Assembly (NCBI GenBank): GCA_050010755.1
Contig: JBEKKK010000004.1
Coordinates: forward strand, 1-64,000
Source of the DNA: Candidatus Bathyarchaeia archaeon
GTDB taxonomy: Archaea > Thermoproteota > Bathyarchaeia > Bathyarchaeales > Bathycorpusculaceae
Direction: 5' to 3'
Length of the DNA stretch: 64,000 bases
In this document: piece by piece, positions 19,946-29,657 of the stretch
Layout: every line of letters starts with the position of its first letter
Numbering within the stretch: the first letter of the stretch is position 1
The notes under the pieces: model-generated
Databases searched by the model: none
What the model saw: only the letters and a program-made list of their open reading frames with translations
Told to the model about the DNA's origin: nothing
Translations under genes and position numbers: made by a program

Positions 19946-20818
19946 ATGCTCTTGACCGAAATCAAGAAAATTGCAGTACTGGGGGCGGGCCTAATGGGGC
20001 ATGGCATTGCCCAGGTGGCCGCCCAAACGGGCAAGTATGAAGTGAACCTCAGAGACATCGAACAGAGGTTCATCGACGGAGGCATGGGCATGATTCGAGA
20101 TAGTCTTCAGCGGTTTGTCAAGAGAGGGCAGCTCTCCGAGGAGGAAATGAACGCCGTTCTGAGCAGAATTCATCCGATGCTGGACTTGGAACAAGCGGTT
20201 TGCGATGCTGATCTCATAATCGAAGCCGTGCCCGAGAACGTGGAGCTGAAGAAAACGATGGCTCGAGAGGTGGATAGCTCGGCTCCGGCCCACGCTATAA
20301 TCGCTTCCAATACGTCTTCTGTTAGCATAACCGAAATAGCCTCCGCCACGAAACGGCCCGAAAAAGTTTGCGGAATGCACTTCTTCAACCCTCCCCAACT
20401 CATGAAACTCATAGAAGTCATCAGGGGAGCCAGAACTTCAGACGAAACCATCCAAACAGTCTTGGACGTATCGCACAAGATGGAGAAGGAAACCGTCCTC
20501 GTGAAAAAGGATTGTCCAGGCTTCATAGTGAACCGAATACTCATCCCAGCACTCAACGAGGCCGTGGCAATTTACTGGGAAGGCATTGCGGACAGGGACG
20601 ACATAGACAAGGCCATAAAGCTCGGGCTTAACTGGCCCATGGGCCCACTAATGCTGCTCGACTACATAGGCTCAGACACGACCTTGGCGATCGCCGATGT
20701 TCTTACCCGAGAACTTGATCCCAAGTTCCACCCATCCAACGGACTTAAACAAATGGCAAAAGCGCAGTTGCTCGGAAGAAAAACGGGCAAGGGCTTCTAC
20801 GACTGGACACAAAAATAG
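19946..20818 (+). CDS. hbd: 3-hydroxyacyl-CoA (3-hydroxybutyryl-CoA) dehydrogenase
   Basis: GAGLMGHGIA, IEAVPE, ASNTSS, GMHFFNP, PGFIVNR, WPMGP. Confidence 0.94.
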   Translation: MLLTEIKKIAVLGAGLMGHGIAQVAAQTGKYEVNLRDIEQRFIDGGMGMIRDSLQRFVKRGQLSEEEMNAVLSRIHPMLDLEQAVCDADLIIEAVPENVELKKTMAREVDSSAPAHAIIASNTSSVSITEIASATKRPEKVCGMHFFNPPQLMKLIEVIRGARTSDETIQTVLDVSHKMEKETVLVKKDCPGFIVNRILIPALNEAVAIYWEGIADRDDIDKAIKLGLNWPMGPLMLLDYIGSDTTLAIADVLTRELDPKFHPSNGLKQMAKAQLLGRKTGKGFYDWTQK

Positions 20819-20834
20819 GAGAAGGCAAACCACG

Positions 20835-21617
20835 ATGGAATTCAAATACATAATATACGAAAAAAGCGAGGGGATCGCCACAATTACCCTTAACCGTCCT
20901 GAGGCACTGAACGCTTTCAGCAGAGAGGTCGTGGATGAAATTTTGCAGGCGCTTCAAGATGTAATGAACGACGAAAACGTGCGTGTTGTGGTGCTAACCG
21001 GAGCTGGCGAAAAAGCGTTTTCAGCTGGTGCAGACATAAAGTCCATGATCGGCATGACGGTTCTCAAGGCGCGAGAACTTTCACTGATGGGAGAAAAACT
21101 CTGTTTAGCCCTTGAAAACCTTGAAAAACCCGTCATTGCGGCATTGAACGGCTACGCTCTGGGTGGAGGCTTGGAAGTAGCCATGTCGTGCGACCTTCGT
21201 ATAGCCTCAGAAAATGCTCGGATGGGACAAACAGAAATCAACATAGGTCTAATTCCAGGCTGGGGCGGAACCCAGAGGCTCACACGCTTGATCGGCCGTA
21301 CAAAGGCAAAAGAACTCGTTTTCACGGGCAGAATGATTGACGCAAAAACGGCAGAACAACTCGGCATAATAAACATGGCAGTTCCTCAGGACAAGTTCAA
21401 AGAAACAGTCAGACAGTTTGCCTTAGACCTCGTGTCCAAAGCTCCAGTGGCGGTGAGAGTCGCCAAGGCCTTGATCAACAAGGGTGCCGACATAAGCTTA
21501 GACTCAGCACTGGCGTTGGAACGGGAAGGTTTTGGCGTTGTCGCGTCAACAGAAGATCTAAAGGAGGGCGTCTCAGCCTTCACCGAAAAGAGAAAACCAG
21601 TTTTCAAGGGCAAATAG
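20835..21617 (+). CDS. crt: Enoyl-CoA hydratase/crotonase
   Basis: ITLNRPEALNA, AFSAGADI, GYALGGGLE, QTEINIGLIPGWGGTQRL. Confidence 0.94.
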   Translation: MEFKYIIYEKSEGIATITLNRPEALNAFSREVVDEILQALQDVMNDENVRVVVLTGAGEKAFSAGADIKSMIGMTVLKARELSLMGEKLCLALENLEKPVIAALNGYALGGGLEVAMSCDLRIASENARMGQTEINIGLIPGWGGTQRLTRLIGRTKAKELVFTGRMIDAKTAEQLGIINMAVPQDKFKETVRQFALDLVSKAPVAVRVAKALINKGADISLDSALALEREGFGVVASTEDLKEGVSAFTEKRKPVFKGK

Positions 21618-21825
21618 AAACTTTCCACTAGATCGAACCAAGGCCTTCTTGAATTACGGATTTGCAGTTTTGAGAAGCAACAAGAGACTGATTATTTCCG
21701 TTGGAACGTAGGCTATTCTATTAGCAGCGTTGGCCTCGAATTTAAGATGTATTCACCAAATTCTGCTGAAAAGTGATATATGCAGGTGCCTCGAAAGGCG
21801 TGTCTCAACTGTCAGCAGTTGACGA

Positions 21826-22500
21826 ATGAAGGGTGTGAGTAGATTGATGAGGTTCATAATCTTCGGTCCGCCCGGTTCAGGCAAGGGCACGTATGCCTCT
21901 CGTCTCCAAGCGAAGTTGGATGTTGACGTAATTGCCACTGGAGACCTGCTGCGTGAGATAATGAAGGAAGACACGCCGCTGGGCCGAAAAGTGAAAGGAT
22001 TTGTGGAGAAAGGCCTGCTGGGGCCAAGTGAAGTTGTGACGGAAGTTCTGAAGCAGCGCCTAGCGAAATCAACAGGCAAGAAAGGCTTTATTCTGGATGG
22101 CTATCCTCGGACGATTGAACAGGCTGAAGCTCTGGAAAAATTCGCAAAAATAGACGCTGTCATCCTGCTAACCGTGCCCGAAAAGATAATAGTCGAAAGG
22201 CTGTCCAGCCGCAGAATATGCAAGAACTGCGGAGAAGTGTACAACGTACGCTTCCTGAAACCCAGAGTGGAAGGTGTGTGCGATAAGTGCGGGGGACGAC
22301 TCTACCAACGATCTGACGACAAACCGGATGTCATAAAAGACCGCATTGCAGTCTACGAGAAACAGACGGAACCCGTCCTGCAATACTACAAAAACAAGAA
22401 GATTCCATTCACCGTATTCAAGTGCGATCGACTCGACATGCCACCGGAAGTGGCAGTCGAAAGCATCCTGGAACAGCTTAAGAACTCAAAACTGGTTTAG
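21826..22500 (+). CDS. adk: Adenylate kinase with Zn-lid
   Basis: GPPGSGKGT, TGDLLR, LDGYPRT, CKNC..CDKC lid, QRSDD. Confidence 0.94.
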   Translation: MKGVSRLMRFIIFGPPGSGKGTYASRLQAKLDVDVIATGDLLREIMKEDTPLGRKVKGFVEKGLLGPSEVVTEVLKQRLAKSTGKKGFILDGYPRTIEQAEALEKFAKIDAVILLTVPEKIIVERLSSRRICKNCGEVYNVRFLKPRVEGVCDKCGGRLYQRSDDKPDVIKDRIAVYEKQTEPVLQYYKNKKIPFTVFKCDRLDMPPEVAVESILEQLKNSKLV

Positions 22501-22692
22501 AAGCGTCGACAAAAGTCTAACAAAAAAGTAACCCAAACAAGAAATGGCCCCAGCCAGAATTGCATTAAGGTTTCATGAAGTGGCCCGAAATATTACTTGA
22601 GATCCAATTGGCCGACGCGACTACTGGCTTTCTTTGACTTGCCTCATTAAGTTCGCACTGATTGCGATTGTCTCCTAGAAAAAGGAAGAGGC

Positions 22693-24135
22693 TTAGGCGT
22701 TGCCTATCTCTTTCTTGAAGGCTTCCTTCAGGTATAATCCCCAATCGTCTAATGCTTTGAGTTTTCCGAGGAAGAATCTCAGGACTGGCGGTTCGGACAC
22801 AAATCTTAGTCCCTTGACGAGGTCTCTGTGCTTGTAGAGCCATTTTATTCTGTCAATCGCGTACTCAACGTGAGATATGGAGTAAACTCTTCGAGGAAGG
22901 GCTAACCTTGTCAGTTCGATATCTGCGAAGACCTCTTTTCCTTCTTTGTCCCTGTCCATCGATATCGTGCCCCGTTCCATGCTCCTGATTCCGGAAGATA
23001 CGTATAGTGCTGCGGCCAGTGCGCCGGCAGGGTACTGGGACTGCGGAATTTGTGGCAGGAACTTTTGTGCGTCAAGGTGGCAGGCAAGTCCGCCTGGCGG
23101 CGTCACAACTGGGATGCCTGCTTTGACGAGTTTGTTGACGAAGTACTTGATTTGTTCTATGGAGCAGCCTGCAACGTCGGGGTCCACCATTTCTCGCATT
23201 CCGACGGACATGGCGCCGATTTCTCTCATGGACATTCCGCCGTAGGTGAAGAAGCCTTCGTAAACGGGTAGCCAAGGTTGTATCATTTCGAAGAGTTTCA
23301 GGTTGTTTGTGGCTAGGCAGCCGCCTCTGACGCACGTGTTCTTTCTTCCGCTCATGTAGTAAATGTCTGCCACGCTGCACATTTCCTTGACTATCTCGGC
23401 CACCGTCTTGTTTTCGTACCCCTTTTCCCGTTGTCTTATCAGGTAGGCGTTTTCGCAAATCAGGCTTCCATCTATGACGAGGAGGAGTCCGTTCTCCGTG
23501 CAAATTTGCCTTATCTCCTTCAGGTTTTTCATGGAGAAAGGTTGACCACCGATGAGGTTTGTCGTGGCTTCCATGCGCACGAAGCCAATCTTGTCCTTGC
23601 CATACTTCTGGATGACGTTCTTCAGCTTGTTCGGGTCCATATTGCCTTTGAACGGGTTCGTGCTTTCAGTCTTCAACGCGTCGTCATAGTAGATTTCCAA
23701 AACCTGCATACCCTGAAGTTCAATGTGGGCCTTCGTCGTTGTAAAATGATAGTTCGTGGGAACAACTCCGCCGGGTTTGGCGAAGACCTTTGCCAGCAAG
23801 TGCTCCGCCGCCCTGCCCTGGTGAACGTTCATGACGTGCTTATAGCCTAGCACGTCTTCCACTGCTTTCGCGAACTCGTAGAAAGTCATGCTTCCCGCGT
23901 AAGCGTCATCCGCTTTCAAAAAGCCAGCGAATTGATTGTCACTCATGGCGTTGACGCCGCTGTCCGTGAGCATGTCAAGAAATATGTCTTTCGTCTTCAG
24001 CAGGAACGTGTTGTAGCCAGCTTCTTCTATCGCCTTGAGCCGCTCGTCAATCGGAACCAGCTGGATTTTCTGCACCATTCTTGCCTTGTGCATCTCTATC
24101 GGAATTTCTTCACCGGTGGATAGTTTTATAGACAT
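22693..24135 (-). CDS. tpl: PLP beta-eliminating lyase, tyrosine phenol-lyase type (tryptophanase family)
   Basis: GYNTFLL, DMLTDSG, HQGRAAE, FTTT, MSGRK (PLP Lys), SMERG, RLALPRRVY, LRFF. Confidence 0.85.
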   Translation of the reverse strand: MSIKLSTGEEIPIEMHKARMVQKIQLVPIDERLKAIEEAGYNTFLLKTKDIFLDMLTDSGVNAMSDNQFAGFLKADDAYAGSMTFYEFAKAVEDVLGYKHVMNVHQGRAAEHLLAKVFAKPGGVVPTNYHFTTTKAHIELQGMQVLEIYYDDALKTESTNPFKGNMDPNKLKNVIQKYGKDKIGFVRMEATTNLIGGQPFSMKNLKEIRQICTENGLLLVIDGSLICENAYLIRQREKGYENKTVAEIVKEMCSVADIYYMSGRKNTCVRGGCLATNNLKLFEMIQPWLPVYEGFFTYGGMSMREIGAMSVGMREMVDPDVAGCSIEQIKYFVNKLVKAGIPVVTPPGGLACHLDAQKFLPQIPQSQYPAGALAAALYVSSGIRSMERGTISMDRDKEGKEVFADIELTRLALPRRVYSISHVEYAIDRIKWLYKHRDLVKGLRFVSEPPVLRFFLGKLKALDDWGLYLKEAFKKEIGNA

Positions 24136-24286
24136 GATTGAAACCTCGTGAGGTTGCTGATATCTTGGGCACGTTTTATAATGCTTTCGGTGTCCTTTTT
24201 TCCAATGGCCTTTGCGTGTTTCCAACCAAAACCTATATGTAAAACCCGAAGACTGACACAATCTTCAATTAAATTGGTGATATTCT

Positions 24287-26164
24287 TTGCCTGACACGAA
24301 AATTTTGCTACAGGACGCCTTGGGAAAACGAGCTCTCCTGCTGGGCAACGAAGCCATCGCACGCGGAATTCTGGAAGCAGGCGTGAGCGTGGTAACGACC
24401 TATCCGGGGACGCCTGCTTCTGAGATAGGCGATTCCATTTCAGAAATCGCTTCTAAAGTCGGGTTGTACATGGAATACTCGGTCAACGAAATGGTCGCGG
24501 TTGAAGTTGCAGCGGGCGCCGCGAACTGTGGAGTAAGAGCCCTCACGGCTATGAAGCACGTCGGACTCAACGTGGCCGCTGACATGGTTATGACGTTGGC
24601 CTACACGGGTGTAACAGGAGGCTACGTAATCGTCACTGCGGACGATCCAGAATGTTACAGCTCGCAGAACGAGCAAGATAATCGCTTCTACGCTCTGCTC
24701 GCAAACCTGCCCTGCTTGGAGCCTTCTGATGCTCAAGAGGCGAAGGAAATGACGGTTTACGCTGTCGATATCTCCGAGAAACTAGAGTTGCCTGTGTTCT
24801 TGAGAACGACAACTCGTGTGAGCCACACGCGCGGACCCGTCATTTACGGGAAATTGAGAAAACCAAACTTGAAAGGCGATTTTGTAAGAGACTTGAAACG
24901 CTTGGTGATGGTGCCCGCTAACTCCAGACCCAAGCATGAAGTTCTTTTGAGGCAGGCGGCAAGAGCCAAAGAAATCAGCGAAGAGTCACCTTTCAACATG
25001 GTTGTACGAAATGGAGCAGAAATCGGCATAATCTCGTCAAGCTCAGCCTTCAACTGCGCGGTCGAGGCGGCAACTCTGCTCGGCTTGGATGCGGGTATTC
25101 TGAAACTGGGCATGACTCATCCGCTTCCAGAGAAGATGATTGCAGCTTTCTTGAAGAGTCACAATAGGGTAGTTGTCGTGGAGGAACTTGAACCCTACTT
25201 GGAGATGCAGATTAAAGCAATAGCCAAAGACTGCGCTCCGAACACTGTCATATTTGGAAAGATGAACGGGCAATACTTTCCAAGAGAGGGAGAGCTCACG
25301 ACTCGCTTGGTTGTAAACGGCCTTTCGAAGATAACCGACAAAAAACTTCCGATGGATTTTGGGAGTATCGAAGAGACGTACGGCCGCGTGGTCAAGGATT
25401 TACCATCCAGGCCTCCGATACTCTGCGCTGGTTGTCCGCACAGGGCATCCTTCTACGTTATAAAAAAGGTGGGAGGGGACATGGCGGTGTACCCCGATGA
25501 CATAGGCTGTTACGCCTTGGGAATCGCTCCGCCGTTTGGAGTCGGCGACATCATGATTTGCATGGGAGCAAGCATAGGCCTCGGCCAAGGAATAAGCAGA
25601 GTGACAGGCAGGAATACCATCGCCACGATTGGAGACTCGACCTTCTTCCATGCAGGAATTCCTGCACTCATCAACGCCGTTTACAACAACAGCAAAATGG
25701 TGGTAATTGTGCTGGACAACCTTGCCACAGCGATGACGGGACACCAGCCGCACCCCGGAACAGGCACTACTGGCATGCAAGCTCGTACCGAGAGGATTCT
25801 CATCGAAAAAGTCGCGGAAGGATGCGGCGTCAAATACGTCAGAGTCGTCAACCCATTCAAGACGAAGGAAGCCGAGACGGTGCTGAAGGAAGCCTTGCAG
25901 CAACTAGGGCCTGCGCTCCTGGTTTTCCGAGCTCCCTGCACGTTGATGGACGCGCGAGAGAAGAGGCATAAAGGTGTCGAGATCACGCCTTCCAGAATTT
26001 CTGAGAAGTGCACAAACTGCATGGCCTGCATCAAACTACTAGGCTGCCCGGCTATAACAGCGGAAAATGGTACGGTTAGGATAGACGAGACCTCTTGCTC
26101 TGCCTGTGGACTGTGCGTTTCTATTTGTCCGTTCAATGCCATAGAAGGTGGTTGCGCAGAATGA
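24287..26164 (+). CDS. iorA: Indolepyruvate:ferredoxin oxidoreductase alpha subunit
   Basis: LLGNEAIARG, YPGTP, MKHVGLNVAAD, SSQNEQD, RPPILCAGCPH, DIGCY, IGDSTFFH, C-terminal ferredoxin Cys motifs. Confidence 0.95.
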   Translation: MPDTKILLQDALGKRALLLGNEAIARGILEAGVSVVTTYPGTPASEIGDSISEIASKVGLYMEYSVNEMVAVEVAAGAANCGVRALTAMKHVGLNVAADMVMTLAYTGVTGGYVIVTADDPECYSSQNEQDNRFYALLANLPCLEPSDAQEAKEMTVYAVDISEKLELPVFLRTTTRVSHTRGPVIYGKLRKPNLKGDFVRDLKRLVMVPANSRPKHEVLLRQAARAKEISEESPFNMVVRNGAEIGIISSSSAFNCAVEAATLLGLDAGILKLGMTHPLPEKMIAAFLKSHNRVVVVEELEPYLEMQIKAIAKDCAPNTVIFGKMNGQYFPREGELTTRLVVNGLSKITDKKLPMDFGSIEETYGRVVKDLPSRPPILCAGCPHRASFYVIKKVGGDMAVYPDDIGCYALGIAPPFGVGDIMICMGASIGLGQGISRVTGRNTIATIGDSTFFHAGIPALINAVYNNSKMVVIVLDNLATAMTGHQPHPGTGTTGMQARTERILIEKVAEGCGVKYVRVVNPFKTKEAETVLKEALQQLGPALLVFRAPCTLMDAREKRHKGVEITPSRISEKCTNCMACIKLLGCPAITAENGTVRIDETSCSACGLCVSICPFNAIEGGCAE

Positions 26165-26769
26165 AAGAGTTCAACATTGTTCTGGCCGGAGTAGGTGGAC
26201 AAGGCACGTTGCTGGCTGCGGAGATCATAGGCTCAGCTGCGGTCAAGGAGGGGCTGAACGTTCGGGTTAGCGAAATCCACGGCATGGCCCAGCGTGGAGG
26301 AGCCGTAGTCTCAAACGTGAGAATAGGCGAAGGTGTCTACGCATCGACAGTCTTGGAAGGCCAAGCGGACGTACTCGTCGGGTTTGAGCCTCTAGAAACA
26401 ATACGTAATTTGAAGACTGCGTCGCAGAAAACGACAGTAATTATGAATACCCAGCGAATCCCACCTGTAGAGCTTGCGACCAAAGGCACGGCATACCCCA
26501 CCGACGAAGAGGTAGTGGCGAAGATTCACATGTTCACAAACAGATTAATCGTGGTCGAGGCGGCTGCACTAGCTCGCAAGGCTGGAAGCAGGTTGGCCCA
26601 GAACAGCGTGATGTTGGGAGCTTTGGCTGCTGCAGAAGGGTTTCCCGTCAGCGCCGAGAGTTTGGTAGAGGTTTTGCGGGAGCTTGTCCCGAAAAAACAT
26701 GTGGAAGTTAACGTTAGAGCGTTCGAGCTTGGGCGTGACAGTGTTAGAAAGGGGCAGAAACGGGTCTAG
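26161..26769 (+). CDS. iorB: Indolepyruvate:ferredoxin oxidoreductase beta subunit
   Basis: GVGGQG, SEIHGMAQRGGAV, FEPLE; ATGA overlap with iorA. Confidence 0.95.
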   Translation: MKEFNIVLAGVGGQGTLLAAEIIGSAAVKEGLNVRVSEIHGMAQRGGAVVSNVRIGEGVYASTVLEGQADVLVGFEPLETIRNLKTASQKTTVIMNTQRIPPVELATKGTAYPTDEEVVAKIHMFTNRLIVVEAAALARKAGSRLAQNSVMLGALAAAEGFPVSAESLVEVLRELVPKKHVEVNVRAFELGRDSVRKGQKRV

Positions 26770-27131
26770 CATTCTCTGGTTTTGGCATGTGCCTGATCCG
26801 GTTTTTCATTGTCCAAGATTGCTTTGAGTATGCCTTGAAAAAGTCTCATGTCGGAGACGTTCACGACTGGTATCTGGAAACTCTTGTCGATTTCGTAGAG
26901 TTTCTCATATCTTGCAAACTTTTGGTAGCACACTTGACTTATGGGAAACTCTTTGTTCTTCAGCTCGTGCTCAAAGGATTTGTCGTAGACTTCTAGACAC
27001 AGCAGGTATCCGTTTATCCAATAGAGTCTGCTGACTCCATATGTTGCGGCGCACCAAGCAATGTTCTCAACTGACCGGCAGTCCAAGCCTAGAATGTTAA
27101 CTTTGTTTGTGGGCGTGACTTGTACATCCAA
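26766..27131 (-). CDS. Hypothetical protein
   Basis: 121-aa ORF directly downstream of and co-oriented with the XPF-like gene. Confidence 0.65.
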   Translation of the reverse strand: MDVQVTPTNKVNILGLDCRSVENIAWCAATYGVSRLYWINGYLLCLEVYDKSFEHELKNKEFPISQVCYQKFARYEKLYEIDKSFQIPVVNVSDMRLFQGILKAILDNEKPDQAHAKTREC

Positions 27132-27137
27132 GCAGAT

Positions 27138-27848
27138 TCACTCCGAGAATGGTGTGTTGAGGACGTCTTTAACCTTGCTGCTTATCTTCGGTCCAAGTCC
27201 ATGGACCGTTTCGGGCCAATCGTCCACGTTTATGAGCGCGTTCAGCGGCGTCTGGTAGGATTTGAGTATGGCCAATGCCTTTTCTCTTCCGACGTTGGGT
27301 AGGCTGGCTATGAGATAGATTTGGGCATCTGTGGTCGAATCGACTCTTTTGTAAGGGTGAACCGTAGGAGCCCTTTTCTCGACTATCTGCTCTTGGCGTG
27401 CGGCAACGTATAGGAAGTCGACTGTTTCCTTGTACGAAGTGGTGTTTATGATTGACACTCCGTTTCTTGCGAGGTTGAACAATGCTCCCCAGACGGATGC
27501 GGGTTGGATTCGGCTATACTTGTAGATCACGGGCAAGTATCCTTCCAACAGGATGAGGGACTGAGGATAGGCCTCTTTGAGCTTGAACACTTGCTCGAAG
27601 AGAAAACGCCTAGTGAGCGTGTAGATGAAGTCATGGACAGTTTTTCTTTCAACCGCGCACTGATCTGATAGAACGTAGTCGCCTTTTTCCAGTGTTTCAA
27701 TTCTAATGTGAGCCCCCCGCTCCTTAAGTCCTTTGACGATTTTTGCCGCCGTGTTAGCCTCGCGACAGTCCACGATAATCGTAGGCTGCTCATCGGCGCT
27801 TTCCTTTTTTTCCTTGAGATACGGAAGCAGTGTTTCAGTTCCAGACAT
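27138..27848 (-). CDS. xpf: ERCC4/XPF-family structure-specific nuclease (short form)
   Basis: IIVDCRE, GDY, VERKTVHDF, C-terminal HhH (LPNVG, VHGLGPK); start set at MSGTET. Confidence 0.9.
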   Translation of the reverse strand: MSGTETLLPYLKEKKESADEQPTIIVDCREANTAAKIVKGLKERGAHIRIETLEKGDYVLSDQCAVERKTVHDFIYTLTRRFLFEQVFKLKEAYPQSLILLEGYLPVIYKYSRIQPASVWGALFNLARNGVSIINTTSYKETVDFLYVAARQEQIVEKRAPTVHPYKRVDSTTDAQIYLIASLPNVGREKALAILKSYQTPLNALINVDDWPETVHGLGPKISSKVKDVLNTPFSE

Positions 27849-28206
27849 GGGATCCACTCCGATAACGTATCTTCCTCTGCAACACTTATGCTTATTTGAC
27901 TTTACGAGGAGGCTTCGGTGTATGCGTTTAACTTTATCAACGATTTCCAATGAGGCGTGCATGGGTGATTTGAATTCTGTTGATTGACGGGAGAGGGCTA
28001 ATGTGTGTGCTGACGGCCCCTCCCCCTGGTATACGATATGATCCAAATATGATTTAGGAGAAAAACGTACTAGCTGCCCACCGGTTCTCTCAATCCGGCC
28101 AGCGCGGTTTGGAAACAGGTTTGCGCGCTCGTATGGGATTATGTTAAGTCTTATATTATTGACTGTTAGAATAGGAGTGTGCCTCGCTTGTTGGAACGTG
28201 TGTTTG

Positions 28207-29541
28207 ATGAGAAAGACTATATTCAAGAAGCTTGAGGCTCAGGGGCTGATTGCGAATTACAATCATCTTAGGAAGAACCTGCCTCCTAAGCTTCCTGACA
28301 GAGTTTTTATTTGGGATGAAACCCTGAGGGAAGGAGTTCTGTCCCCGGCTGTTTTTCTAACCTACGTCGAAAAAGTCAAGCTTGCCAAGATGATGGACGA
28401 GACGGGTGTAAGCATAATAACGGTTGGTTTTCCCGCACTGTCAGATGAAGAGAAGAGCACGGTTAAGAAAATTGCAAATGAGGGGTTTCAGCAGGCCAGC
28501 CTTGCCGCCTCAGCACGCATCTTGAAAAGCGACATAGATATCTGCCTTGAATGCGGCATACGAGAGATTCCGATTTTCACGGCGTTCAACGGACTGAACC
28601 TAACGCACAGACTGAAAATGACCAAGGAACAGGTACTGAAAAGAACCGTTGAGTGTATTGAGTACGCAAAAAAACACGGTGTGAAGGTGGACTTTGTCCT
28701 GGAAGATGGTTCAAGAACGCCCTTGCCAGAGATTCTACAGATTTTCGAGGCGGCGGCGAAAGCCGGAGCAGACCGACTAGTCTTGGCGGACTCAGTGGGG
28801 TTCCTGAGGCCGCTGTCAATGCGTTATCTCATTTCACACGTTAGAGACGGTTTATCGGAGTCGCTCAAAAAAACCGTTCCTTTATCGGTTCACTGTCACA
28901 ATGACTTCGGCTTGGCAACGGCGAATAGTCTCGCTGCTGTCGAAGAGGGCGTGGCCTACGTTCACACATGCGTTGCCGGGTACGGTGAAAGGGCAGGATG
29001 CTCGCCGTTGGAAGAGGTTTGCACTGCCCTAGAACTGCTCTACGACGTGGACACCGGCGTGGATCTCGACAAACTGTACAGGCTCTCGCAACTTGCCGAG
29101 AAGGCTTTCGCCCTGCCCATCCAGTTTCACAAGCCGCTAATAGGAGAGAACGCTTTTGCATACGAGGAAGACGAATACGTCAAGGATGTTCTTGCGGACC
29201 CTATGACGATTGAACCGTTTCCGCCGGAAATCATCGGCAGAGAGACCCTGTTTTACCTCGGCAGACAAGCTGGCAGAACCCTAGTTGCGAACCGGTTGGC
29301 ACAAGCAGAAATCAAGGCGACACCCATGCAGATAGAAGAAATCGTTAGAAGGATCAGGGGAGCGCACGAAAGCTTGGACAAGGGCGAAGCCCAGATGACC
29401 TTCTACCAGATAAAGAAGCTCACGAAGGACCTCAGAAAAGGCTTGACAGAAGAAGAATTTTGGAAAATAGTTGAACAGGTAACGAGACAGAAGCCCAAGC
29501 TTCCACAAGAAACGAAAACCGCACCTTCCAAAACTGTCTAG
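28207..29541 (+). CDS. DRE-TIM acyl-CoA condensing enzyme homolog (homocitrate/isopropylmalate/citramalate synthase family), atypical motifs
   Basis: WDETLREG, LADSVG, HCHNDFGLATAN, GYGERAG. Confidence 0.85.
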   Translation: MRKTIFKKLEAQGLIANYNHLRKNLPPKLPDRVFIWDETLREGVLSPAVFLTYVEKVKLAKMMDETGVSIITVGFPALSDEEKSTVKKIANEGFQQASLAASARILKSDIDICLECGIREIPIFTAFNGLNLTHRLKMTKEQVLKRTVECIEYAKKHGVKVDFVLEDGSRTPLPEILQIFEAAAKAGADRLVLADSVGFLRPLSMRYLISHVRDGLSESLKKTVPLSVHCHNDFGLATANSLAAVEEGVAYVHTCVAGYGERAGCSPLEEVCTALELLYDVDTGVDLDKLYRLSQLAEKAFALPIQFHKPLIGENAFAYEEDEYVKDVLADPMTIEPFPPEIIGRETLFYLGRQAGRTLVANRLAQAEIKATPMQIEEIVRRIRGAHESLDKGEAQMTFYQIKKLTKDLRKGLTEEEFWKIVEQVTRQKPKLPQETKTAPSKTV

Positions 29542-29657
29542 CCCCAAACAAGCGTCCCACGGCAGCCATACCAGCACTCCCAACAAGCATTTGCGTGGTC
29601 CGTAAGAACCAGTTTTATATACACGCTTTCGTCTAAGAATCGATCGGGTGGACTTTT

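Noticed and set aside
22693-24135. Annotation as tryptophanase
   Set aside because: Specificity motifs (FTTT, MERG, LRFF) fit tyrosine phenol-lyase better, though activity is untested
27849-28226. 125-aa N-terminal extension of the XPF-like ORF
   Set aside because: Overlaps the divergent gene and promoter region and has no helicase motifs; the internal ATG at 27848 gives the expected short XPF
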